A stretch of DNA of 64,000 nt from Raillietiella orientalis (lineage: Eukaryota), in assembly GCA_036172245.1 (NCBI GenBank), contig JAYWIR010000005.1:806001-870000 (forward strand), in the 5' to 3' direction. The stretch's first letter is position 1, and the number at the start of each line of letters is the position of its first letter. Below are positions 45,001 to 56,257 of the stretch, piece after piece. Position numbers and translations under genes: made by a program. The notes under the pieces are model-generated. The model ran no database searches, had not been told where the DNA came from, and saw only the letters and a program-made list of their open reading frames with translations.

Positions 45001-48000
45001 GGGAACGGAGCTTCCTTTTGGTGCCGGCTAGGATCCGGAAGCGTCTCGCTGTCTGAAGACACAACAAGAACAAACAATTCCCCGCGGACAGCGCAAACGG
45101 ATCCGTGACGAACTGCACCGGGAGGAGGAAGCCAACGGACGAGGGGCTGCTGGTGGTGGTGGTGGCGGTGGTGGGTAAGCGCGAGACTGCCCGTCATCGA
45201 GCCGAAAACGCTCGCCGCACAAAAATTTCGGAAAGCAAGGGAGGGGGAGGAGGGAAGGGAGGGGGGACAAATGTGGCGAGATACGCACTCCACCCCGCGC
45301 TGCGTTCCTCTGTCTGCCACTGTCGCTCTTGGTTTGCCGCTTCGAAGTTACCCTCCCTCGAAACCAATAGCGGGGGAAAGAAGATGACGGCCGGACCGGG
45401 CTGCGCGTGCAGGGGGCCAGCATCGCAAGCAAATGGGGGGATGGTTGCGAGAGAGAGACTCACGGAATAGTTAGCCCTGCACCTGAGGGCAACTTCGGGG
45501 GGGCGGGGGCGTCTGTCCCGAGCAGGGTCGATGGCTACTGCAAGAGTGAGCTTTAGCGGCAGGCGGTGCACAGGGCTGTACGTACGGTTGGTGGCGGAGC
45601 CGGGCATGCTCTGGAGGCGGAAGGCCTTCGCCCGCAAGCAGGCAGCGTCGTCCTCTGCTTGGTCGTGCGTGCCGGAGAGGTTCTGCATGGAGACGGTCTT
45701 GGAAAAGCGGCGTTCCCCGGTGGGCAGCAGAGACGGCAGCGTGGCGTACTTGAGGTCCTCGTTCACGGAGTTGCTGCGGCGCACGATCCAGGGGTAGTTG
45801 AACTTGGGCCGCGGAGGAAGGGACGGGCCTGCTTCCACGTTCTTGTGCGCCCTCAGGAGGCTGGCGCAGGGAACCGCCACCGGCGCCGGCGCCTTGAATG
45901 CTTCCCGAGTCTGGGGGCGGATCTGGACCGAGAACGATGCGGACCTCTTGGTCCGCGGGAGCGTGGCGGAGGTGTGGCGGACCAGCCTCTTGTGGTAGTC
46001 GGCCTGCTCCAAGCATCGGTCTTCGTACGTGGAAATGGAGAAGTTGGCGAGTGGGCTGATGGCGATGCCCATGGCCGTCATGTCGCGCGTGTCGCACGCG
46101 ACGTCGGACTTTTTGACGGCTGATGCGGACGCGGTGGCGGCAGCGGCTACTGTCAAGCACAGAGACTGTGTGTCGACGGCGCTGTCCCGGACGTCCCTCT
46201 CGACGCGGTCGGTGGCCTTGCTTGCTCGGAGAGGAAGCTGGAGAGCGGAGGACGAGGAGTCGCCGACGTGGTGCGTGGCGCGCACTGCTGCTTTTGCTCC
46301 TGCGGCGGCTGCGGGAATCGAGGAGCAGTCGTTCAATTGCGGGGCATTTCCTGCTCTCTGGTCATCTTCGGACAGTCTGTTGTTGGTGCTGCTCGAAACG
46401 CTTCCGGCGAGCTCTGCATCCCCGACTGCGCCACCGTGTGGTGTGCCAGAAGCCGCCTGCTGCTGCTTCTGCGCCTCTTGTCCACATTCCGAGGCTGCGG
46501 TGGAGCGCTGTTCCGCACCTGTGAGATCACAGGAAAGTTTCGGGCAGCTGGGCGAGAGGGAGGCGGAGCAAAAGAGTCCCCTGAGCGACTGCAGGGTGGC
46601 GAGGGAACGTCCACGGGCGGTCCCCGCCTGTCGTCGGCGACCACGGCGCGCGCTTGCACCCCTCTCGAGGATGCCGCTGAGGGGGAGGTCCCTCTAGGGA
46701 GTCTACCGGGAGGCGCACCCTTCGCTCCCAACTGTTGGTCCGCAGGAGAGCAGCAGCAACGGTTTCCGGGTTCCTGTGCCGCGGCCGCCTCTCTCCTCCC
46801 CCCCCCCCCGCCTGGGCCTCTCTCTGCCGACGCCCTGCTTGCGAGGCGATGGTGCGCCCGGGAGAAGGGGAGGAAGGCGTCAGAAAGGGGATGGGGATGC
46901 TCGGCTAGGAGGAAGTTCCGGGGCGCTCGCTGGACCTTCCTGAGGGAGGAGGTGGGCGGAAGCGAGGAAGGGGCTGCAGCGCCTCGACGCTTTCCACCCG
47001 CGTCCTTGCCGGAGACGAACCGAAAAGAGGCGCCGAACGGGCAGGACACCTCCCTACCCCCGTGTCGCCGGGCATTCGCAGCAGCAGCAGCTTTCCCTCG
47101 AAGGAAGGTGAAGGGCAGAAGCAGGGAGGAAGAGAAGAAACGAGAAAAACTGTACCTTCAAAGGGACCGTTGGGCAGCGGCCCCTCATCTCCGGCACCGT
47201 CGCTGCCCGCTGGCAACATCCTCAGCAATGTCGGACGCGCGTCCAGAGGCTGCTGCTGCTGCTCAGAAGAGGGAGGCGGAGGGGGAGGTTTCTTCCTGCG
47301 CGAGGCTGTCGCCGAGGCGAGCGACGAGGTGGAGGCGCTGCTGACGCTCTGCAGGTTGGAGGCGATTTCTGCTCCGACCCTGGGGGAAGACACACCGCCC
47401 TTTGGTTTCGGATCGATGGCGCTGGAGCTCCAGTCCCTTCACACCCTGACGACCCGAGGCCCCCAACCTAAAGCAGAGGGGAGATACAGAGCGCGGTCTG
47501 TCTCCCCCGGGAGGGCGATCGACGGCCGGAGGCAGCGAGGGAACGCCCCACTACAGATGCGGGCAAGGAGGAAAGGAAGGGCAGTTTCCTACCCGCCTGA
47601 TCCGCACAGGCAAGGACAGGAGGGGATGTCTTCCTCCCCCCCCCCCCCCCCCCGTTTTCCGAAATCCCCAACTTACGTCGTCACCCTGGCGTCCGTGGTC
47701 TGGTCGCCGCCATCACCGGTAGCAGCGAGCGTGCACGGAGGGACTGCAGAGGCAGCATCCGGAGGTGGAGGCAGCGGATCGGCAGCCTTCACCTGAAACG
47801 ACAGCAGCACAACAATCCAAACCCTCAAGGCTTCTCCTTCCTCCCCCTCCCTCCTTTCCTGCGTGTTTTTTCTTTTTTTTGCCTCTTTTTTTTTTTTTTT
47901 TCCTTCTTTCTTTTCAGGTGTTTACCTCAGGTGGTTTGGGGGCGGGACGCTTCTTGTGCCTGGGCAGGGAGGAGGCCTGCTTCTTGCTGAGCGGCATGTA

Positions 48001-51000
48001 CACCGCCGGAGCCGGCGCGTTCGGGGCCTCTGAGGGCACGGGAGAAACTTCCCGGCTTTCCATGCCGTCGTTGAAGCTATCGCTACTGGCACTCGAGTCA
48101 CCGATGCTCTGTCGATAAGATAAAGGGGGGCGGAAGAGGGGGGGGGGGATGGAAACAGTGGCGCCATCTCCGAGATAAGCGCGAAAGCACACAAGCGAGG
48201 CGCGTGCTGAGCAAGCGCATGCAGCCGGGGACGCCCGCACCCCGCCATGGTTTCGAGAGTTTCTTCGCCGCCGCCCTGCCCCTTCCCTTCCACGCATCTC
48301 GCCACACTCCGCGCGCCGTCTCGGCGGAAGCGAACCGCTGCTGGACGAACCGCCCAGTCGCGTGGCGCAAGCAAAGAGGGGGGGGGGGGATGCGTGGCCG
48401 CCCCAAGAGGCGCTGCAGGCACACGTTGCGCGCGAACCTCTGCAGGGAGGCGGGGTGGGAAGGGAGGCACAAGCGGAGTGCAAACGCACCCTGCGGGTGG
48501 GTCGTCCTCGTAGTCATCCATCCCCCCGGCGGTGCGGAAAGGGGGGGGGAGGGAAGCGCAAAGCGCACCTGCATCCGCCGCCGCGTGCGAGCGCCCTGCT
48601 ACGTGTGCTGGACTTACGGATTTGCTCCTCCGCAGCATGGCTTTGCCTACGTCACCATCCCGCATGGCTCCGGGATAGAGCAGGGCGCCGAGGGTCCGGT
48701 TCGAGATGCACGCGAGACGCACCTCGCTGATCTCGTAATCCCCGAGCGTGTAGTTCAGGCACAGCCTCTCTTCCGGATGGACTGGAACACACGAAAGCAC
48801 GTCTCTTCTCTGGGGGACGCGTTGCCGCCGCCGTGCGTTCTTCCGTTCTATTCATTTGTTTGTTTTTTCCTCTTTTACGCCGCTCCCTCCCCGACCGCCG
48901 ACGCGAAAACGGGGAAGTGCTTCCGGGAAGACCCGGAGCGCGCGCAGGCCCGACCAACCAGGGTGGGTGCCCAGAAGGCCAACTCGCGCACGGAGCATCC
49001 CGGCGTGGCTGAAGCGTTTTCGTGGGAGGTGGCCGCGCACGGACGGAAGGCGGCGGCGGCGGCGCATGGCGTAGCGTACTCCCTCCGAGATGCGAGGAAT
49101 TTCGGTGCTGGGATGGCGCGGCACAGCGCGCGAAAACATCATGGCAACCGACCAGAGTCCCGTCCATCTGATAAACACCGGGAGATTATCTAATCAGTTT
49201 CCCTTATCACGGTGGCCGTTTAAACATTCCGGGACGTAGTCGTGCCGAGGTAAACACATCGGACTGTCATCGCCCGCTGCCGCAGAGTGCGCATGCGCGC
49301 GCGCAAGCATCGGATCACGTGGGTGTTGTGGAACGTCGCATGCGCAAAAGCGGCGCGCGCGCGCGCGCTCCCGTCGTCCGACTCGTTTCGTGTGTGCGTG
49401 TTGTGTGTTTTGCTTGCCGGCTTCCGAATGACCACCCTGGTTGTTGCGCCGGCGAAGACGATGGATTGCTACTTACTTGGATGGCGCAGCTCGTATTTGC
49501 TCACATCTAAATCTTTTTCGTCGCAAATCTTGTAGAGGACGTCTCCGAGATTGGTTTTGGGAGTTACCCTAATCACGTGTAACTGATTGCAAGGAAGGTG
49601 TACCTGGTCGAAAAAAAAAAAAAAAAAAAAAAAGGTATCGGTGCCTGCAACCTCCTTGCATTCCCTCCCCCCCCCCCGAAAAAAAAAAAAATTCTGTTTC
49701 GCAATTCAACAAGTTTTTTTTTTCTTCTTCCCATCCGCTGAACAACTTCGGAAGCCACGCGCATTCCACTCGAAGTGCTAACAAATCATCCACTGTCATG
49801 GAATACACACACCAAAAAAAAAAACACCCACTGCGTCATCACTCCTCCTCCGTAGGGGAAACGGAAACTGTGTGTCACGGGAAATCATCATTGTTGCGCG
49901 AAACGCTGTGAGGATACGTCACATGCACAGGAGTGACAAAACCGCCGTCACCATAGCGAGAAACGTGTTGTGTGCGCGCGCGCAAGCGACTACTGCAAAG
50001 CTCTTCTGTCCTTGCTTCTGGTCGATCCTGAGAACGCTGCTTTCCGTCCCAGGCTCTCGCCAACCACACTTGCATCTTCATAGGATGAAACGTCTCCTCA
50101 CGACTGAGAGCACACCGTGGAGGGTGCCATCGAGCGTTGGGACTCAACGGCACGCTGGGGGGAGAGTTCCGACGAAAAATCCGCAACGCGCGGTGCAGCG
50201 CCTAAACATTTCTGTGCCTTGAGCGCGAGTCCATGGGGACCTCCATTAGCAGTTCCTGGGGAAGCCGGGAGGACGTCACGGAAGGGTCAAAGAAAGGACC
50301 CCTTCATTCACTGGGAACACCAAAGTCGTGCCTTTCGTCCCGGCAAGTGAGAGCTGTATGGACTGCGCACTAGTAGGCAGCACTTCCTTGGCTTCAGAGG
50401 AGCACGACGGATGGGCTTGCTGCAAGCTTCTACCTCCACCGGATCCCGTTCACGCACGGAACAGGTCAGAATGGGTCAAGAGGACTGGCCGGGAACCCTC
50501 GGCTCTAGCTCCGTCGCCACACAGAATGGCACTCGCACACCGCAGGAGGCGTGTCGCGCTAACCGTATGGTGCGTGCGTGCGACTCCCCGAAATCTTCGC
50601 ATGTACGATGACACCTGGTACACCGAAAATGTACGGCATGCCGATGCGTCTCGCCCAAACTGATGTTGGAAGTTCCGTCGGCAAATTGCACGCAGCCATC
50701 GAACGTGGTACAATGGCGGGCACGACTTAGGACTCAGCGCTCGCGACGCAAGGATTTTTCTGATAATCTTGTTCTGGAACGACCACAGTACGAAGAGAAG
50801 TTTAGGGAACCCCATCTGTGCACTGAATCTTGCAAAATCCTTGCCCCGTTCACGGTGCGGTCGTTAACGCACAACTCGAAACGTCGGAAAACCCTGGCAA
50901 AAAATAACGAAGGCCCGACAACCAGAAGGCTTCCCACGAGAGAGGGAAGCTGAGGAGAAAATGAGCAGTAGCATCTGTACCAAGACTTGCCTTGGACAAT

Positions 51001-54000
51001 GAGCTTCAACAGGATCTGACTCCGGAATGAACGTTCGTTGGAGGAGCTACACGCTGGGGTGCCTGCGAGGAAAGATGCACTTGTGAATGGAGGATGGACG
51101 GCTTGTCAAGGAGAAACGGATGGAGAGGACGATGCAACCCAATAGGAGACCGAAGAAAGTTCCCAGGACCATAAAAAGCCATCAGTGTTGCCCCACGAGC
51201 GCAGACATACGCAAGAACACTCCGCTCGTGCACTAACAACGAAAAAAAAACTTCGTCTGCTTCAGGCCAACTGGTTGGAAACGGTGCTTTGTGTATAGTT
51301 GGTGTTCGTTCGCACCACCATCAACGGTCAAGCTCGACGTGCGCCATCGTGCATTTGCCACTAGAGATGTTGTCTGGCGCCTGTTCTTCCGGCAGGCCTG
51401 TGCGGGACGAGTTGCAGCAGGTTATATGTCACCAGCTCCAAAAGAAGAGAAAAGACTTTGACCGCGCGCCGCTCTCGAGGATACAACACGGCAGAGACAG
51501 ATGCTGCACAATGAAATGATGTCCAGTGAGACGAAGCTTCCGTGTCTGCAAAGCTCATGGCACCACATGCGGTGATTGCAGGAAGAACCGAGGAGAAACG
51601 GGGACTCTAGCAGAATCGAAGAAGTCTCTCCAGAAGGATCTCGGGGAAGAAGAGCCATGGGGGAGACGACTGTCTTTTTCATGTGTCAGAGCACCTGCGA
51701 TTCTGGAAAACAAGCTTCCAAGTTCTTCCCCTGCTGGGGAGGACGGCGCGTGCTCAGGAGAGATGGATCAAGGTCGCTTGGGATCCCCAGACCTAACATT
51801 CTTCGAGGCAAATGCTGAGAGGAAATCACATCGCGGCAAGGCAGGAGAAAAAGTGAGACCATTCTAGATCTTCGCAGAGGTTCTCCACCTTCTGTGTCTT
51901 CTTCTCAAAGGTCCGTGAGACCACGTGTCCCTGATGTTTCCGCGGAAGGACTTGGTGCGCCAATCACAAGCAGTGAGAATTAAAGTGTTGGAGAGGAATT
52001 CCTCTTTACTCTTTTCCGTTCTTGTTTACTGAGGTCTGAGCATCTGCTGCGCCGAGCAGTCCCGCCGGAACTTGGTGCAGGAGATTGGTGGACAGGGAAT
52101 TTCGGGATCATGCGATCGCCGTTTCACCAACATTCCTAGGCAGTTAAGCGGAGGGCATTCGGAATGCCAACTCGTGGGGGATGCACCGCCTGCTACGCCA
52201 TCTCTTATCATACGAGCCTCCTACCTGCAAGCGAAAGCTGTGCTGCAGTGCTTCCACCTTTGGAGGTCGGCTGCTCACCGCCTTCTCGGGAGCTGCTTTC
52301 TGTCCTTTCGTCTTCCTCACAACGTAAAGGGTGGACGTGTTCAGCGAGCCTACGACAAACACGAAGACACGTCACGCACTGCTGTGGAAGAAAACGGCGC
52401 GCACTGAACCGCCTTATACATCAAGAAGCACGTAAGATGTGCTTTCAAATTCGCAGCTGCCCCACGCTTAGTTTGAGCGACCCCGCGATAGGGAGGGAAG
52501 CCGAGAGCTTGCAACCAATTCTCTCAAACGATGAAGTGATTCTAGATGGGTCGAATTTGATAATGTTGAAGTTTGAGTGCTCGCACGTCCAGAGCCACTG
52601 GTTTGCGACTGACCCGGTCTTAAGGGAGGGAGAGTAGTTACCGTCTAAGAGAACATGGAGGAAGGGGGACGTGATTAGTAGAACAAGTCGAGGGATCGAG
52701 GTTCAGTTGCACCCTATAAGGTGACGGTTGAGTAGTAGGAGGGTGGTGTATGAGTTTGCGTAGTAGGGGTGTTGAGTAGTAGGGGTGTTGGAAAGAATTA
52801 TTAGGCAAACTGTGATTTCAATTGTTGTGATGTGGTCGTGGAGGGAGAATGAGGTGGTCCATGAGAAAGGAATATGTTTTGGAACATGAGTGGGAGAGTT
52901 ACTAAATATTATATATGGAATTTAAGTCCAGTGCATTAATAATTCTGATGTATTAAGATGATGATGGGAGTTCTGGGAATGAATGGATTGTGGAAGGGGA
53001 GTTACGAAGTCATTCCAATGTAACGTCATGAGGTGAGATGGTTGATGGTTGTTTGCTGATAAGTTTTTCTAGGATGATGAATATGAAGAGATGAAGAGGA
53101 CGGGGGAAGATAGCAGATTTCATTGGCTAAAGATGTCTGGAGGAGGATCTGAACAGCGTCATGGTGTACCTATAAGTACTTGGAAGTGTTGAGGTAAGAA
53201 GAAGGCTTATGTTTACTCCAATGAATACTGGCATGAATGCCACGTTGAGTAAGTAAAGAGTCCTGAAGACGTCATTAGAGGACGTAAGTGGGTAAAGTCA
53301 GAGATGATTGTAAATGCAAAGCGCGCGTCGCCAATACAGCAAAAGAAAAGAGAAAAAAAAAGGAAAAAGAATGAAACGAAACACCAGTGCATGCACAGAA
53401 AGGTATTAGCAACACTTTTCGCAACGAAAGCTACTCATTATTAATAGGAGAAACCGTGCGATTCCGCCGTTGATTGCAATCAAGACGCAGATTTCGAACA
53501 GACGCAGATTTTCGAACGGACGACCCAGAGCTCACGACGGAGGAAAACAACTGCATGGAGTTTGCTTCAGCATCGAGACGTAATCAAAAAGACAGAGGAT
53601 AAACAAATAAACAAACGGTTTCCATCGTGGGATCCCATGCTCTCGGCGTGCAAAAAAAAAAAAGTCCTGCGTGGCCTGCATAGTTGTGTGATCTCGAACC
53701 ATCGTGTAGATGGCAGCAAGGTGCAGCCATTCCGAGAAACCAACCGCTTCAATTCATAGAAGAGTCCTTTCGCAATCGCACGGACTTGGCAACTATTCCT
53801 TCCGCGTCTCATGGCACCTTCTGGGAGTTCAAGCTCACAATAACTCTGAGGGCGTTCTCTCGAAACTGCGAGGTCGCCCAGCACCTGTCCATCAGACCGA
53901 CAATTCGCTTGACCGCGGGTGCTAACTACGGTATTCAGTCCCAGAACGGGGTCAATTTCGGCAGTTCCTTGTTGTGCCTTTGAAGAACAGGCAGAAGATA

Positions 54001-54409
54001 AGGGATATCTTCGCGTGTTGCGTCGTGTTGCTAATACCAACCCTGGCGAAACATCTCATTCCTGAGGTTCCTGCGCAATGATGCTAACAAGAAATGCCCA
54101 CAAGCAAATGACCCGAGAGAGGGGCAAATTCGAGGAATCTTCAAGACCTGAAGGATTGGGTCTGGTTGCCTTGATGAGCACGCCGACGAGTACGGTCGCA
54201 CGCTCAAGCAAGTATGACGGGATGAACGCCACCGCAGCAGTGTGCCGATTCTTGGAAATGAAAACTGGACCGGCTTCCCAGGCTGAGCAGTGAGCGTATA
54301 GGGCGGAAAGGTTTTTGGTCTTCGTAGTGTAAAGAACACGGAAACGCCGCAAGCCGACCATGGTGGTGCAGAAAACGACAGCCCCGCGAGAAAATTACGG
54401 CGAGTGCTC

Positions 54410-54444
<35 letters not shown>

Positions 54445-56229
54445 GATTTGAAACTCGTCCACCCAAAATCAAAATATTCTGCATCCACCGCCTTTGGGTC
54501 TGAGCCAGAAGAAGGTGGCTCTGCAGGGCAGATTGCCCCGGTTCATCTGTATACGAAAACAAAATGGAAGCATACCAATGGGAGTACTTGGTTTGTGAAA
54601 GCCCTGGCCGTCTCCGTGACTTTGGGAAACCTGGATGGCATGACTCGATGGGCTAAACTTGTAGGTGGTGGCGATCTGCACCAGGATATCCATCAAGGGC
54701 GTGCTGAAAAGGAATAAGTTAAACATCTCCGGATGGGGGACTAGGTGAGATCACAGCAAGCCATGCAACAAAAAAGAAACACCCTCAAGGCTAACATCAT
54801 CGCATATCCCATAGGTACATGACGGACCAAGGTGCTCAAGCTTTCACTAAAAGGCCACTGAAGGAAAAGTTTGCGCCTTCCTCAAGGACCGAAGGGGCCA
54901 GAAAAGAAGAGTTATCAACCCATAACTGATGGCAGCCTTCAAAATTCTGGACAGAAAGATTGAAAGCAGCCTTAAAGAGCTGCTTGCTACTGACGCCTAA
55001 TCGACAACAAAAACCGAAGTGATCTTCAGAAAGAATGTTCGTGGCAGGTTGGACGAATCAGTGAAGAGCCTGACAAAGACGCCCCCCGTTCGAGAGTTTT
55101 TGTGGCAATAGAAATCATCTCTGGCGAGGGAAGTCCGACGCACTCTTGAAAACGGACTTCATGCTTCCTGCACTTACCTGGCTTGTTCCCCTAAAGTTTC
55201 CTACCTAGGATGCAAAAACCGCTTGCTTCGGAAAGAAATACGAGTCATCCAGAGCACACCCGCTCCTAACAGAAGATCCGCTGCCGGCTGCAAAAGGACA
55301 GGATCGTCGCCTCTGGGGCACGTTTCCATAGCTTCCCCGTCGGAAACCGCGAGTCCATCGAAAGAATGGACGAGTGCAGCAGCTCCTACTGAATCGGCCG
55401 AGGGTGCACTGCAGATGACCAACCAGATGGAAGTCGGGACCCTTCCTTTTCGCGCGCGACTCGCGATCAAATTGGTTCCTCGAACACTTCTTTTGCGCGT
55501 CCTCAAGATGCGAGCTACAGTGAAAATCTTACTCTACGCCACGGGCAAGTGGCATGACGTAGTCACTACACAGGAATTCTTCTGGCCCAAAGCCACGTTT
55601 TCATTTGTGACGACTTTTACACGAAATGAGAAGAAAAGGTGGCAGCAGTTGACAGACTTCAACTGTGAACATTTACAGCATGCGCAAGACAACAGATTCG
55701 AAAAAGAAAAAAAAAAATGCGCAGATCAAACGTCATGCTCGTTTCTTTCCTGGATTCGCTGCCTCGTCCGGCATTCCGCCGCTTGCTGGCTGGAACTTGC
55801 CTTGGGCTTCGAGCGAAATGGAGCACACGCTTTTCGAGATCACTTCTCGGTAGGTGGATGTCCACGCGGAAATGAGCGGAGTAAGTCATCCGGTGGCCAT
55901 GAGAACAAAACGCGCTCCTTCGCACTGGAACCTCACAGTTCGATATCCTGCATTCTTCCAAAGGCAATCTTCCGTGACAGATGCATGCAATTCGACATCG
56001 CCGCTTTTGAAAAAAAGATGCGCGTTAACCTCAATTTGGAGCAATCATGTTATTAGAAACGAATAAGAAGCAACGGAATCGAAGCAGCATGCAACGAAAA
56101 ATGAAGCGCAACAACACACCTTTTATCAACTTCCATCTCGATTTCCGTTAAATCAGGTAGGAATACTGTGATCTCCATATACTTTTCATGCATGTTCAAG
56201 AAGGGGATTCCATCGATGCGTGACGTCAT
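42031..56229 (-). CDS. Cobl: Cordon-bleu (Cobl/COBLL1)-like actin regulator: ubiquitin-like Cobl domain, KRAP motifs, C-terminal WH2
   Basis: Exons (minus): 56120-56229, 54576-54703, 52225-52349, 49477-49603, 48618-48781, 47926-48108, 47677-47792, ~47156-47436, ~45483-46518, [unresolved 44600-45250], 43175-43837, 42031-42096. Spliced N-terminus MEITVFLPDLTEIEMEVDKSTPLMDILVQIATTYKFSPSSHAIQV..HKPSTPIGSLNTSTLYVVRK..HSFRLQVHLPCNQLHVIRVTPKTNLGDVLYKICDEKDLDVSKYELRHP..LNYTLGDYEISEVRL; KKRPAPKPP; WH2 ARHQLCEAIKNFGGQANLKKV. Confidence 0.85.
43175..43837 (-). CDS. Cobl: Cobl-like penultimate exon with most of the WH2 motif
   Basis: 663 nt, phase 0-0; ends ..MEARHQLCEAIKNFGGQANLKK|gcaagt. Confidence 0.8.
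45483..47436 (-). CDS. Cobl: Cobl-like central low-complexity exons (~47156-47436 and ~45483-46518)
   Basis: ..SSASTSSLASATASRRKKPPPPPP..GPFE G|gtacag joins in phase to ctcacag|GT at 46518, which continues into ORF 45194-46336 (..NFSISTYEDR..RRSNSVNED..SKTVSMQNLS). Outer boundaries are uncertain. Confidence 0.6.
47677..48781 (-). CDS. Cobl: Cobl-like exons 48618-48781, 47926-48108, 47677-47792 (end of Ub-like fold, KRAP motif)
   Basis: HPEERLCLNYTLGDYEISEVRL..LRRSKS|gtaagt; SIGDSSASSDS..RHKKRPAPKPPE|gtaaac; VKAADPLPPPP..RVT|gtaagt. Confidence 0.8.
49477..49603 (-). CDS. Cobl: Cobl-like exon (second ubiquitin-like fold)
   Basis: poly-T cgaccag|VHLPCNQLHVIRVTPKTNLGDVLYKICDEKDLDVSKYELRHP A|gtaagt; too short for the ORF track. 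Confidence 0.92.
52225..52349 (-). CDS. Cobl: Cobl-like exon (Cobl domain)
   Basis: tcgtag|GC SLNTSTLYVVRKTKGQKAAPEKAVSSRPPKVEALQHSFRLQ|gtagga. Confidence 0.88.
52535..52890 (-). pseudogene. cox2: NUMT: decayed 5' half of mitochondrial cox2
   Basis: MFQN..LMDHLI..HDH..LLNRHLMGCNWTSIPRLVLLITSPFLHVLLD..SPSLKTGSVANQWLWTCEHSNFNIIKFDP, versus consensus FQ..SPLMEQL..FHDH..WT..P..LD..GHQWYWSYEYSDF..FDS. Confidence 0.9.
52897..52958 (-). pseudogene. trnL2: NUMT: mitochondrial tRNA-Leu(UUR) remnant between cox1 and cox2
   Basis: tcttaatacatcagaattattaatgcactggacTTAAattccatatataa; anticodon arm TGGA-ctTAAat-TCCA with TAA anticodon at 52924-52922. Confidence 0.8.
52953..53317 (-). pseudogene. cox1: NUMT: decayed 3' end of mitochondrial cox1
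   Basis: Invertebrate mitochondrial code: AFTIISDFTHLRPLMT..VFIGVNMS/FFLPQHFQVLMGTPWRCSDPPPDIFSQWNLLSS..FIILEKLISKQ..LEWLRNSPSTIHSFPELP..TAA, versus consensus FIGVNLTFFPQHFLGLxGMPRRYSDYPD..WN..EWL..PP..HS..ELP. Contains indels. Confidence 0.92.
54413..54440 (+). repeat. (GA)n microsatellite
   Basis: Uninterrupted gagagaga run of about 27 nt. Confidence 0.9.
54576..54703 (-). CDS. Cobl: Cobl-like exon (Cobl domain)
   Basis: ttttcag|C TPLMDILVQIATTYKFSPSSHAIQVSQSHGDGQGFHKPSTPI G|gtatgc. Confidence 0.9.
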
Positions 56230-56257
56230 CAGTCGATCGGTGTCATAGCAGAAACTT
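56120..56257 (-). CDS. Cobl: Cobl-like first recognisable coding exon (in-frame ATG at 56229)
   Basis: tgtttcag|..MTSRIDGIPFLNMHEKYMEITVFLPDLTEIEMEVDK AG|gtgtgt. It has an acceptor, so a further upstream exon exists but was not located. Confidence 0.8.

Noticed and set aside
50636..50774. Candidate Cobl exon NKIIRKILASRALSPK..AIC
   Set aside because: 49477-49603 supplies this part of the domain with a much better match and correct phases.
52897..52958. Functional nuclear tRNA-Leu
   Set aside because: Mitochondrial-type, decayed arms, embedded between cox1 and cox2 remnants.
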